Shown here piece by piece: positions 23,302 through 36,100 of a DNA stretch of 64,000 nt. A model generated the notes under the pieces. The model made no database searches, was not told where the DNA came from, and was given only the letters and a program-made list of their open reading frames with translations. Position numbers and translations under genes: made by a program. The stretch's first letter is position 1, and each line of letters begins with the position of its first letter. Location of the stretch: positions 28,334,001-28,398,000 of the forward strand of contig OZ286460.1 of assembly GCA_965644265.1 (NCBI GenBank), in the 5' to 3' direction. The DNA comes from Glycera tridactyla (lineage: Eukaryota).

Positions 23302-25329
23302 TATCTCCCCACTCACTCACTCTCTCTTTCGCAACCTCCACACACCTGTGCTTACCTGAGGAGTGGAATCGTACACGGTCATCTGCGTATTGATCTCTTC
23401 ACCTGTTGCCACTCTGTCAGGGAGTGTCACTACAATGTCAAAAACATCTCATTTCATCAAGCAATCTTGGTAATAGCCGGACGTCAGGCGATTGACTTCT
23501 TGGCTATCGACCAAATCTTAAACACAAGTACTGGAGGATTAGTACTGGTGTACATTACCGTGTCAAATGTACTATGCAAATGACCCCCCCCCCCCCACTT
23601 CTCTCTCTCTCATTCAGATTACGTATGTGTTAACGATTGGCCACATAGATGAATTGATAGATTGATAATCAGCCTAAAGATTGGCCTTTTCGAGCCAAAT
23701 ATCCGGCCCAAGGCCAATGCTTATATATCTGTATAGTATACATAGATGAATAAGATTGGCTTTTCGAGCTGAAATCCGGCCCAAGTCAATGCATGATATC
23801 AATATTGTACATCGGACAAGGTCAAACATACTATGTAACATACATTACTAGACCGGGCCGAGGTATCGCCGGAGCAGGCACCGACGTCGGCCCTGCACTG
23901 GCCCAGTGCCGCGTGACTGCAGGACCGAGTTTATCAGTCGTCTCGGAATGTACCCGTGCACTCTCGGTATGTTGTTATCATCATGTACCGGTATGCACTG
24001 AATTCAACATTCCAAGACTCGGACATCGGCCTCGGGCAGTGATTATCATCTCAGATAGCGAAATGCCACTACTCATATCAACATGGGGATCAAGTAATGA
24101 AAACCCGTATTACAACGCTCTGAGCATAATTTGGCAATACATGTATATTAATGTGGAGCATTATGCTCCTAATGCCCTAACCCAATCTTGAATGGGTATT
24201 TTGATTTAGAGTCCAAGTATCGTCGAAACAATATGTTTGAACATCGACGCATCTCTTCATTCTCAAATAATCCCGCCTGGATTGATGGTTGTGGTCTAAC
24301 GTCACTCCAGTGCCATATGTGTTATATTGTTACGTCCATGCAATAGGCATGGTTGGGACCATCTTTGACTTCTCTTTCTGCATTCACCAACAGGGGGTGA
24401 AATGATATGAAATTCTCAGACACCCAAGGTGTCATTTCGTAGAGAAAAGACGTTAAGCATTACTCAATCAATTTCGCGTTCCATATAATTTTTTCCTCTT
24501 TCCCGCTGGTGCACGAATGGGAAAATGGGATTCGCGTGAGCCCCTGAATGTCGGAATTTAGTATAGTCTTCATTCTGGCAATGGAACAATCGACTTTCAG
24601 CTTTAAAAACACGAGATGCTATATTTCCCCCGTNNNNNNNNNNNNNNNNNNNNNNNNNNNNNNNNNNNNNNNNNNNNNNNNNNNNNNNNNNNNNNNNNNN
24701 NNNNNNNNNNNNNNNNNNNNNNNNNNNNNNNNNNNNNNNNNNNNNNNNNNNNNNNNNNNNNNNNNNNNNNNNNNNNNNNNNNNNNNNNNNNNNNNNNNNN
24801 NNNNNNNNNNNNNNNNNNNNNNNNNNNNNNNNNNNNNNNNNNNNNNNNNNNNNNNNNNNNNNNNNNNNNNNNNNNNNNNNNNNNNNNNNNNNNNNNNNNN
24901 NNNNNNNNNNNNNNNNNNNNNNNNNNNNNNNNNNNNNNNNNNNNNNNNNNNNNNNNNNNNNNNNNNNNNNNNNNNNNNNNNNNNNNNNNNNNNNNNNNNN
25001 NNNNNNNNNNNNNNNNNNNNNNNNNNNNNAACATTTCCAGGAGGGTACTGTTTGCTTTTCTTGTCATGAGACAATTTCGGATGTCTTGGAATGGGCAAAA
25101 ATGCAGTTCAAACACACGTAAGCAATTCACTCTTCTGACAAATTGTTGATAACTTACCGACGAAATGACCCATGACAGTGGGTAGATGGTCACTAGGAAA
25201 GTGGGATGTGGCAAAAGAAAGTAGAAGTGATGTTTTTCCAACATTACTGTCCCCAATCACTAAACAGCTCACTGACTTTTGTTGTTTTCTAGAATAGAGC
25301 GGTTGGTAGAAATTCACAGATGGTGGCAT
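20172..25329 (-). CDS. Divergent atypical Rho-family small GTPase, possibly pseudogenising. Exons 25329-25158, ~23447/23413-23356, 22700-~22512, ~20384-20172
   Basis: G1 CLVIGDSNVGKTSLLLSF; switch I HLPTV; G3-equivalent VYDSTPQ/EGY..QRLSLYP.CDVILVVFS; F.NIREKW.PEM..HAPGRPFIIVGNKLDL (G4); RRLSRRIGA...ECSALT (G5). Canonical GT donors at 25157, 23355 and ~22511. A stop plus 1-nt frame change lies before ECSALT. Confidence 0.8.
20705..21519 (-). mobile_element. HINE family B, inverted copy in the last intron of the Rho-like gene
   Basis: Reverse complement of 12797-13632: GGAGAGGTCTCACAC...GGACGACAACGGACGAC...CAGCCTTCGGCCGGATGAGCTAA. Confidence 0.8.
22139..22314 (+). mobile_element. tRNA-derived SINE with 13-bp target-site duplication
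   Basis: A-box TGGCTCAGTGGTAG, degenerate B-box GGGCTCAACCCC and CATTTC tail. Flanked by TCCTTCGGGCAGG at 22126-22138 and 22315-22327. Confidence 0.8.
22512..22700 (-). CDS. Rho-like GTPase exon 3
   Basis: ACATTTTCAG acceptor; EGYHGQRLSLYPICDVILVVFSLGDPASFQNIREKWLPEMQCHAPGRPFIIVGNKLDLPDINS; GTAGGT donor. Confidence 0.85.
23245..23300. repeat. (CT)n microsatellite
   Basis: Direct reading of the sequence. Confidence 0.95.
23356..23447 (-). CDS. Rho-like GTPase exon 2 (..VATGEEINTQMTVYDSTPQ); 5' boundary uncertain (23447 or 23413)
   Basis: CAG/GTAAGC donor in phase 0, joining EGYHGQR of exon 3. Spacing to the G3 position fits the Rho alignment. Confidence 0.6.
25158..25329 (-). CDS. Rho-like GTPase exon 1 (P-loop)
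   Basis: ATG at 25329, MPPSVNFYQPLYSRKQQKSVSCLVIGDSNVGKT...PTVMGHFV; G/GTAAGT donor, phase 1. Confidence 0.8.
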
Positions 25330-25700
25330 CTCGTCAGCGAAATCCAACGTCGTGTAACTGCAACGAGATTAGACTGTTTCCTCTTTGGTTATCCGGCGGT
25401 GATATATCCAGAAGTGATCCAACGTCAAAGCGATCCCGCCATTTAACTGCATGGTTATGTTGGGGCTATTTTTAGCAACGATCGACAGAACGATCAGCCA
25501 ATCGCTGTCGCTGTTACAAGTCGACGGCGGTGCAATCGAATCTATATTTAGATCACCCGCGTCTCGCACATAAATTGTGAGAGCCATGCGTGGTTGGATC
25601 CAGTGCAGTTTGGTCATGCTTCATGTCGGCACCGACCCAATCACCACAAGTTTAGTAGTAACAGGGCGTTGGCTTTGAAATGGTCAGGACTCTGGTCTCA
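25330..25700 (-). promoter_or_regulatory. CpG-rich putative promoter of the Rho-like gene
   Basis: Local rise in CpG/GC content upstream of exon 1, with CCAAT motifs (~25498, ~25638) and YY1-like CGCCATTT (~25437). Confidence 0.4.
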
Positions 25701-26739
25701 TGACTCCCGGTATTTAGAAATCAACCGTGAGCGAAATTGGGAGAATTTACACTGACAGATCTAAAACATGGGTGTGAGGAAAAATGAAAGTAAGCTCGAG
25801 GGGGGATTCTAATCTTTCATCCTTATTTTGATCATATACCGATATATCACTACACCCCACCCCCATACCGAAAAACATTTTCCTATGAAGGACCCAGGAA
25901 AACTCAGCGACATATAACAAATGGGGAAGAACGCTGGTCGGGTGAGGGCGTAGATTCGCTAAATATGGGATTACCAGCTACTCGGTCGATCCTCGTTGAA
26001 CTAAATTGAATTGACTCCTGTGTATTTAATTGATGTGCACTGGCTGTGTCCTTTTGCATCTGGTTCGACCACGAACCACTGTGCAAGCTCGAGGTAGACT
26101 GGATAAGTGTTTCTACTACCAATATTCTGTTTCTATGAAAATATTATTGTGAGAAGGTAGCATTCCACGTGAAGGGAAATGCAAGCTGCATAGTGCATAC
26201 CACTAAACAGATAGCAGACATTGGGTTCAATTCTAAAGACCAACTCCCTCAATCAATCAACTACTTGCTTGCATTGAGCAAACAAGTCAGAACATTTCGT
26301 CCAATTGACAACTTCTGATTTGGGTGATTACCAGCAATATTAATGCCATCCAGGGGTCAAAGGTCGACCATGATTTGGCCGAAAACAGCAATTATATCTG
26401 AGCCAATTGATCAAGACAAGAAGCTATTTCACTATGATATAAATGCAAAACCTCCCAAGAGTGAACCAATGTCTGTAAAAATCAGAGATTCTGCTCTCTC
26501 AGGTTCGATCATTATGATTTCATGAAAAATCCTACTCACATTTGTAAATAGGAATCAAAATAATTTCAATCATGAAGCAGTTATGTTAAAAACCATGTTT
26601 CCAAGTGGGAGGAATGGTACCTGGATACGATGTAGTTTTTTCTAGCCCGCCCTCACACAGATGGCTGAAATGAACAACACAGCCAATCCACCAAGTAGAG
26701 ACAAGGCTGAATATGGCATGCTCAAAGCAAGTACATCAG

Positions 26740-27359
26740 GCCTCATGTTCCATACTTTTATGGATCGAGTGAAAAACATTTCGTCGTGCATTCCAAGTTA
26801 TCCTCCGGGACAATCATATTTCCTCTCGAGTTAGCGGGTATGGTGATCTGCTGACGATTATGAAATTCAGACATGTATAAGGAGGCTGAGTCAAAAAAGT
26901 CTTTCAACATCTCGTGGTTTCTGATTTTATACATTTCTAATAGCAATTGACGAACTCTGTTATCTTTTAGGAAGTTCAGTTCACATTTATGAGTAGGTCC
27001 AGATAACACCTATCTAGCCCCCTTAGGATGCTATCACTAGCTCCTCCGTAAATCATCTGGCCATAGTTCATAGGACTCATAATAATTGACATTGCAAGCT
27101 GTCTGGCACAATCCTGACTCATATTACGGGGATTATGCCTCATCTGCGCCGTTCGTCTGCGCAATTCTATTTTTCACGTTCTCATGAGGCTTGAACGACA
27201 AGGACGGATCCAATGTTAATCCTATAAGTACTTTGTGGTGTTTACTGGTTCAGGTCCCAGAATTCTACCTAGATACTGGTGTGATTCACCATTTGTTTTG
27301 TGCCAAACAGCATACATGATAACTGAGCCTCTCACCGACCACATCCACATCATCGCCAG

Positions 27360-27409
<50 letters not shown>

Positions 27410-27470
27410 CGGTGTCATCGGCATACATGGAGGCTTCCGAGTGTTTCAGTACAGAAGGGAGGGAATTTAC
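26740..27470 (-). mobile_element. Decayed 3' fragment of a CR1/L2-group LINE (RT C-terminal half)
   Basis: PSVLKHSEASMYADDTAIY (RT YADD motif); EPVNTTKYL; ARQLAMSIIMSPMNYGQMIYGGAS.. and LLLEMYKIRN..NSRGNMIVP resemble CR1/L2 ORF2 C-terminal motifs. Multiple stops and frameshifts. Confidence 0.75.
27361..27408. repeat. (AT)n microsatellite inside the LINE RT fragment
   Basis: Direct reading of the sequence. Confidence 0.95.
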
Positions 27471-29089
27471 ATAGAGTGTGAACTAGGCCAGTAGGCCCCA
27501 AAAGAATGGCACCAATACCATAGCATGACTTTCATTTCTGAATATGAAAATAGCCCCAAAACCTCACTTTCGGCATTAAATACATAAATGACACAATTTC
27601 ATTGAATGGTAACCCATAATCTGAAGGTTGACAAGAGAGAAGTACCTATTGATACCAACAGCATCGGTATTTCTGACATTGAAGCTCATTGGAATCCTGA
27701 ATGGGGAGTTAACTTTATTGAAATGTGGGAGATTATCGCATCAATTATGGTATAAATTTTGCTTGAATGAAAAACTCCTTAACCGATCATGTTACAAGAG
27801 CCGCCTATCCTTAGAAACCATTGATGCAAATGCCCCCTTTTCCTGAATTCATGGGGACAAATGCCCTCAATTTTGAAAATCTTGGATGCAACCCTGCACT
27901 CAATCGTGTTATCTTAAAGAGAGGTGGTCTCTTGGAGGTATATCTGACAAGCAGTTTCCCCTCAGAGGTGGTCTCTTGTCAGGAGGTCTTCCATCACAGG
28001 TTACAAAATAAAATATATAGATGGAACAAACATAATGGGAATACCCTTCATTTTCACCAATTACAAGTTGGTACTAAGAGATTCAGAAGGATGATTGAAT
28101 GTTTTTCTGGCTGGGCTAGTCTGCTGGATGAGAGATCTGGGTCTGTGTGAATAGGAAGGAGGTGGGGGTGAGGACTATCAGAACATCTAGGTCAACTGGT
28201 AGATTGACTGCCTGTAAAGTGTGGATGTTTACCTCCTATGCTGCCATCCCTGTTCCCCCTCACAAGGTCACCAGCTACAGTTAGGTCCAGAATATGATGG
28301 CAGGAAGACAGCATATGGTTAGGTGGCTATTTCAGAGGTGCTGTTGTTTTGACAGACCCATCTTTTTGACTGTTTTTAGACAGAGACATTTGTGAGAACT
28401 GGAAGAACCAACTTACATTTCATATTTTGGGCCTGCTTTCATTAGCATGCTTTTTGATGTGCTTGACATGGATTCTGCTTGCTCATGATGGGATGGTCTT
28501 TTCACTGTATCACATGCTGTATTTAGTGATTCACCAGGTTGAAGGATACATGAAAGTTCTGTTAATGTATGTCACCATAGCTATTTTATGATAATGTCTC
28601 CCATCAGCAGCAGCATGACACTTCACACCTCTGTTGGAGGATGAATATGGTGCAAACCTCAAGTCATTACACTCATGTATCAACTTTTTCAAAGCCAAAG
28701 CCGCATTCTGGAAAACTGCTTGATACATCTGTATGCATTAAGGCCTCAAACATTATCCATCAACTGACATAAGGTTTCTAATTCATAGCATTCATGAGGG
28801 GACTATTTTCTTGTGAGCCAACACTGGATACACACAATTTTTTGGCCTGCTGCTGCCATTGCTTCTGTGTGATAGCCTGCATAAAGCCTGGCAGAGCCAT
28901 TCTTAAAAACAGTGGTCCCAGGATGGACCCGTGGGTACTATTCTCTTATGGGCACACACTGAATACACACAGTTTTTTGGCCTGCTGCTGCCATTGCTTC
29001 TGGGTGATCACCTACATAAAGCCTGGCAGCTGCCATTCTTATAAACATTGGCGGAACACTGGAACAGAAAACCAAAATCTCAAGACTTT

Positions 29090-29820
29090 TACCTCAATCT
29101 CAACCCATGTCACTGCCAAGCTAAAACAATGTTAACAACCACGACGATGTCAATGACGCAGACGACGACGCCGCCAACGGAAAGGTAACACAGTCGATGT
29201 CCCACCTCTGCTGAAGCAGGCGGGACAAAATCCATTTCTAAACATCCATTTTCGTCCCCAAAATCCACCAGGATTGTCAGAAGTCCCATTTCCTGGCTGG
29301 CGCTCATTAGGCATTGTATCTGTGCCAATTGTGGCGTGCCTATGGTTAGCTACAACCTTCAAAGTAATCCATTTCTGAAAATTACATTTTGTTCCCAAAC
29401 TCGATCAGACCTGTTGGGGACAACATCATGGCTGGCTTTCATTAGGGAATCGTATGGATTGCATCCATGCCAAGTTTGGTAGGCTATAGGCTGCCACCAT
29501 CTTTAGAACAAGAGGTGGGAGATGAAGTGAGTGGCACACTGGAAGAGAAATCCTGACCAAAATCGTGGTAATCGAGACCTCAACTTCAACCTCAACCCAT
29601 GTTAACGACAAGTACTGAGAGCTGAAGTGGTGGAATAGAAAGCCAAACCAAAATCTTAACCATGACTTCAACCTCTATCTCAACCCACGTTACTGAAGAC
29701 CTTAACCAAAATTTTAATCAATGTTAACGCCGATGAAGACGACACCGACGACGATGACGATGCTGAAAAACGGAAAGGTAACACCTATGTCCCGCCCCTT
29801 TGAGCAAGCGGGACAATAAA
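29090..29820 (-). mobile_element. Two HINE-like termini in tandem (~29090-29230 and ~29570-29820)
   Basis: (GAC)n-type microsatellite followed by AACGGAAAGGTAACAC..ATGTCCC.CC...GCGGGACAA hairpin, present twice. Confidence 0.55.
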
Positions 29821-31234
29821 ATCTTGTTATTCTGTTATACATATTACGAGTCAACTATAGGTGAATATGAGGTTGGCTGGAATATTTGAATGCAATTACC
29901 TATCCATCTTATTTCAGGCTATCACATCATGATAGGTCTGATGGCCGGGCTGAGGCCCAAAACACATTTTCCGGTCCAATTTGTGATGACATTCTTTTGG
30001 ATGGAATATAGTGCGGTCTGATATATAATCCCGTAGGACTTTCATGCTGAAATTGATTTTTTGGTTTTATTTAGTTGATTGGAGGTCAAGCAATCAGAAA
30101 ATGATGGGGTTCAAATTTTCCCACCTCCGGACCCCATTATACGGGCTACGGCTGATTCCTGCTGCCGTGGGCACTTTCTGGCACAAATCCACCAGTCATC
30201 TTTACTTATAATGAACCAATTTCCAGAACTTTTGGTGGAATTGTGGGTACTGAATGATGTAGATGAACTCTATGATACTTTTGAAATAACCTGCGGTGGA
30301 TATCACGACATCCAGTCATTATATGGTGGTTATGCGGTGGTTATTTGGTTATATGATATCAACATATATTATGCTAACGCTCCTAGTGAGGCAATTCATA
30401 GACCTTCCTGGTGAGATTATGGGTACTAAATGATGTAGATTTTATTCATGACACTTTTGAAACAAATCCAATTAAATATCATGACATTTATGGTTATAAG
30501 GTTGTTATGTGGTGGTTATTTGGTTGTATGATATCAACATTGAAGACCCCTGATGAGCCAACTCATAGACATTCCTGGTGAAATTGTGGGTACTAAATGA
30601 TATTGATTTCATTCATGACACATTTGGAACAACTTCAAGGGGATATTATGACATCCAGTGGTTATATGGTAGATATGCGGTGGTTATTTGATTATATGAT
30701 ATTGACGTTGGTTACAAGTAGGCTAAAGCTTCTGATGAGCCAATACGTAGACCTTCTTGGTGAAATTGATGTAGATTTTATTCATGACACTTTTGGAACA
30801 GATTGGAGTGGATACCATGACACCTGGTGGTTATATGGTGGTTATTTGGTTATATGATATTGAGATTGGTTTTGGTAATGCTCCGGCCTATTCTGGAGTA
30901 CCATCTTTTGTGGGTACACTTGTTATGCTAATGCTCCTCTGGAGGAGCCAATTTACAGACCATTCTAGAGAAATCAATGTAGATTTTATCCATGACACTT
31001 TTGGAACAGCTTGGAGTAGATATCATGGATATATGGTGGTTATTTGGTTATATGATATTGACATTGGTTATAGTGATGCTCCTGCCTTTTAGGAAGTACC
31101 ATTTTTATGGATTCCTAGACATGATCATCCAGCCAAAATGATCAGAAAGCGGTACAAGAACTTTGTCCATGACCAAACTGTTTAAATCCATCAAGTAGTA
31201 CCTAATTTCAATCATGAAATAATCAAGAGTCTAT

Positions 31235-31239
<5 letters not shown>

Positions 31240-31307
<68 letters not shown>

Positions 31308-31310
31308 GTG
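31240..31310. repeat. (GT)n microsatellite
   Basis: Direct reading of the sequence. Confidence 0.95.
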
Positions 31311-33078
31311 AGTGACATACATCATTGCTGCAGTCATTCCTGTAACCAGATGCCGCTAGATATCCATATTCTTTATCATCCAAACCTGTATTCACTGTGC
31401 GGAGATCAAACTTTCAAAAACAATATTTGAATAATGAAATGAAGCAATATGCATGAAGGACATTCAATAGTGTACCGAAAGCACGAACAATATGAAAGGA
31501 CTCCTTCTTCGATCACTCATCATCTTCATCATGTGTTTCAGACAAGATCACATTTCCACAATCACTACTTCACTGCCAAGAAAGACCTTTTTTTTTTAGC
31601 AATACACCCACATTTTGTCAGTTCAATCAGCCTGAGGAGCAGGAAGGGTGAGACACTGCACAGGGACATATGCGCCTATCTCTGAATTCCAACCAGTCTG
31701 TTCAATGGGGTTTATGATTGCATATGATCTATTTCAAATCGTTATGTAGTTATAGTGTACGATATGTGACATCAATGCAGTGGACTAGTTGAACAATAAA
31801 CATGGCAGAAAAAGCTCTCCAAACATTCTGTGTGTGATGGACTAGCTCAGTTTGGATAGGAGAGTCACCAAGGTTCTGAAAGCCCTTGATAGTAGGGTTG
31901 TCTCAATCAAGTTTCATGATAATTGCTACCGATTTCTCACCCGAGTTGGCACCAGGCAAGTCTCAAATGCAATAAGGCCCTTGCATTTGTTATAACCAAT
32001 CACCTGCACTTATTCTACCACATCAATTCCTCTGAACCTTGTGCCCTTGCCAGTTACAGCATTCAAATGAGTATGCCCCAAACAACCACAAGATACCAGG
32101 TCCAGAAGAAGAATGATGAGAAGTGTTGCACGAGTCTCCTCTTGGTTCCCGAGGATGCCTGTATCCCCTACAGGGCATGGACAGCTGCATATCTGGATGA
32201 ATCTTGAATTCTGTGGGCATCACAGCACGCTTCAGTGCATCTTATTCTTCGGAGATTGATAGAGATAATGGTCAAAGATGATGACCCTCATTGTATACAA
32301 CCAGCATCCACTCAATTTGGATGATGAATTTCTCTTGGAGGTTGATGATCTTGTGAATAGCTGATGTTTTCTTCATGCTTTGAATCACAGCCATACTATC
32401 ACCATTTAGAATTCGGTTCAATGTTTCAATCATCCTATTTCAAGATAATGAATATCATGTGGTGGTTGTACTATTACTTCAACAACATGCCTGAGGCTGA
32501 CCTTTGTCTCCTGGGATGAGAGGAAAGCCATCAAAAGCACACGGAGAAAAAGGCACATGAGACATCTTCAATTCACCAATTGTGTTTTCAAATCTTAGTA
32601 CCAGCTCTTGTCTATATCCAGGCAGCTTCAGTCTTCAACTTCAGTTTCTTCAGGGCACTTCAGACCATTCTCTGAGCATTTGTAGGTACAATCCCTGATG
32701 CAACTGAGTACTTCAAATGATATTCATTAGGACATGATTACCTTCACAATGCAACTCAATCGACTGAACCATTTTCAGTCCATTTTGTCTTGACCATGAT
32801 GTGATATCTCCAGAGACCTGGTAGTGCTCATTGTGCTCAAATGGAAAAATTCTGAGGTATAGCTTGATTATATGAGTTAGGCGAGGTGTGATGATAATGA
32901 GTCTGTCCGAAGCTGCTTCATCCTGGCTCAATCCAACCATTCCACCATGGTGCTTCAAGGACAGGATTCTTGTCCTGCTCTCTGAAATGAATGTGAGGGG
33001 TTATCCTGATGAGAGGGGAGTTGAAACAGTTTGTTGTCCACCAAAGGGATGACATCTACACCAATGCAGTCATGCATG

Positions 33079-33079
<1 letters not shown>

Positions 33080-33134
<55 letters not shown>

Positions 33135-33140
33135 CATATA
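33080..33140. repeat. (TA)n microsatellite
   Basis: Direct reading of the sequence. Confidence 0.95.
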
Positions 33141-36100
33141 TGTGTGTCTATCATATACATATATGTTGATTGGATGGTCTCATCACAATATCAACTCCTC
33201 CATTCATCTTATCATGTCTTAGAACCCACGAAAGATGGTACTCCATAATAGGCCGCAACATTACCACAACCAATCTCAATATCATATAACCAAATAACCA
33301 CCATATAACCACCAGGTATCATGATATCCACTCCAAGCTGTTCCAAAAGTGTCATGAATAAAATCTACATCAATTTCACCAGGAGGGTCTGTGTATTGGC
33401 TCATAAGAAGTCTTAGCATACATGTAACCAATGTCAATATCATATAACCAAATAACCACAGCATAACCACCATATGAGCACTGGATATCATGATATCAAC
33501 TTGAAGTTGTTCCAAATGTGTCATGAATGAACTCAAGATCATTTAGTACCCACAATTTCACCAGGAATGTCTATGAGTTGGCTCATCAGGAGCGTTAGCA
33601 TAATATATGTTGATATCATATAACCAAATAACCACCATATAACCACTGGATGTCATGATATCCACTCGAAGATTTTCCAAAAGTGTCATGAATAAAATCT
33701 ACATCATTTGGAACCCATAATTTCATCAGGAATGTCTATGAGTTGGCTCATTAGGAGCGTTATATGTTGATATCATATGTACAAATAACCACCACATAAC
33801 CACCATATAACCACTGGATGTCATGATATCCACCACAGGTTGTTCCAAAAGTATCATAGAGTTCATCTACATCATTCAGTACCCACAATTTCACCAAAAA
33901 GTTCTGGAAATTGGTTCATTATAAGCAAACATGACTGGTGGATTTGTGCCGGAAAGTGCCCACGGTGGCAGGAATCAGCCATACCCCATATAATGAGGTC
34001 CGGAGGTGGAAAAATTTGAACCCCATCGTTTTCTGATTGCTTGACCTCCAATCAACTAAATAAAACCAAAAAATCAATTTCAGCACGAAAGTCCTACGGG
34101 AGCCTTATTTCTGACATACCAGACCGCACTAATATCAGAGACAATTGTTTTTCCACGAAATAGATATGCTGCTCAACCTCAGATTTGGCTTGACCAAGCT
34201 AATGCAGTGACAGATCATGTGCTCACACTGACTCAAGTTTGTTTGTTTGTGCTGCTGTTAGCTAGTTATGGGAGACAGGTCTAGTCTTGAAAAGGCGCAA
34301 CCCTCTGCCTGTGATTAAATTTTAAACCCTCCTCTCTTGTGCTTGCATCTGCGTGTATGCTGAGGAGGGATATCAGAGTAGATGATTTTAGTAGTCACTC
34401 ATTATAGCGCCATCACTAACCTAGGGCCAGATAGATGTCTGTGGTACAAGTTATAACGTAATCATGATGCATAATTTCTCACCTGGGTCTTGCACGACAA
34501 TATTGCCTGAGAGTATCTTATGGGTTGGCTGCATCGAAACAGTGATGCCGGTGAGATATAGCTGAATTCTCGGAAATATAGTGAGATTTTCCAATACTGT
34601 TACCCCACATATTCTCATAAGTTATTATATCTATTCTGAAACTTCCAACGAGATGGCGAGATTTGAACTTTTCATCCAATTTTTGGAATTCCGAATATAT
34701 TCGGAAATTCCGCGTCACTACAGAAATAATGCGAAATTTCATATCCCGTCTAAATCACAACTATTGTCTGATAGCACTTGTAGTGGAGGGCATCGGACAT
34801 CCTGTCTCGATCGGAATCATCGAATTAAGTGTGAATTTGAGATATGACTTGCAGAATTATTCCACCCCTATATATTATGTGGATCTTTTAACCTATCATT
34901 ATTGTTGACCGATGGTGTATCTGAAGAGCTGGAAGCACACTATGTTTCGTGATTAAAGAGATAAGAATCCAACAATCATTCATATGTCGGAATGATATTA
35001 CGGGAGAATCCATACTTACTTGGCTGCTCTTAACTGAATAGGCCATTAAATATGATCCGTGAGTCATATTCCGAAATTATGCCCTCAATCAAAAATCATG
35101 TCATTGTATATTCGGACAGTGTCTGGTATATTTTGAAATCTATAAGAAATTGGTTGATATCAGGAAGGGACTTGATGAGAAAAATTTAAATTGCTTATTG
35201 ATCACCAGTTGCAAGCAATTATGACAAAGATGTCACAATTTTGAATCTCGGAGACGTAACAGCTCCCTCAATGACAAGGAGATTCACGTCATGCAATGCA
35301 GGATTGGCCAAAAGCTTTATGCCCTGCTATTGCCTATAAAAATAGGATATTCCACCGTACAGCACCGGCCTAATTTGATCCGGAACCACACAATACCAGA
35401 CACCTCCCCCCAGCTTGCCATTTCATTCAATGATGTCAGTACAGCCTTTACATGACCCATCACTCGCCTAGTCGTGGTGTGGTTTATACTAGAATTTATG
35501 TGGCGCCGACGCAGGAATAAATGAAAATACACATTTCAGGAAGGGCGTGATAGGATATATTAAACCTGACATAGATGTTTTATCAGAAATGAAAAATGTC
35601 AACTTTAGCATGTTTTCTTTGAGAAACGTCCATTCTCACGAGGTGGTTGGTTGGTTCTCGTTTAACGCCACGTCAGCACCGTCTGGGCTATATTGTGACG
35701 CCCATGCAATGGGCATGGGTGGGATCTTCCAAGACTCCTCCTTCTGGGTCCCCAACAGAAGTGGATCTTCCAAGACTCCTCCTTCTGGGTCCCCAACGGA
35801 AGGTGAAATGATATGAAATTCACAGACAGGGACTGACTATAGTATTGATGTAAGCATTGACTGTGGTGTCACGGATGTCCCGATCACATAGATCAATGGT
35901 TTGTCCATCAAAGCTTGTTCTCATATCCACATAATCATCATTAGTGCCAGGAGACTGTGATTAATGAAGTACTTTATCGCATCGAATAGCTAAATTGCTC
36001 TGAATTATTCTCACAGGAAATACATCTGGTCACCATGATATGGATAGAGAATAAGTTACTGGTAAGGTTTTGACAGTATTTAGCTAGTGGCGAAAAATGA

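Larger units (their letters stand above)
30009..34131. mobile_element. Long-inverted-repeat (foldback-like) DNA transposon, probably Academ-related, decayed
   Basis: Arms at 30009-~31110 and ~33225-34131 are reverse complements built of tandem subrepeats. Termini TAGTGCGGTCTG / CAGACCGCACTA; 3-bp TSD ATA (30006-30008, 34132-34134). The core carries decayed coding-like sequence. Confidence 0.65.

Noticed and set aside
23020-23583. 187-aa plus-strand ORF
   Set aside because: Runs through a (CT)n microsatellite and is antisense to Rho exon 2.
24548-25256. Long ORFs containing X runs (also near 3.8, 13.8, 15.7, 21.7, 61.5 and 63.2-63.8 kb)
   Set aside because: Artefacts of N gaps.
30079-31092. 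Repetitive ORFs such as DIMTSSGYMVDMRWLFDYMIL
   Set aside because: Translations of the subrepeats in the inverted arm of the transposon; mirrored at 33282-33542.
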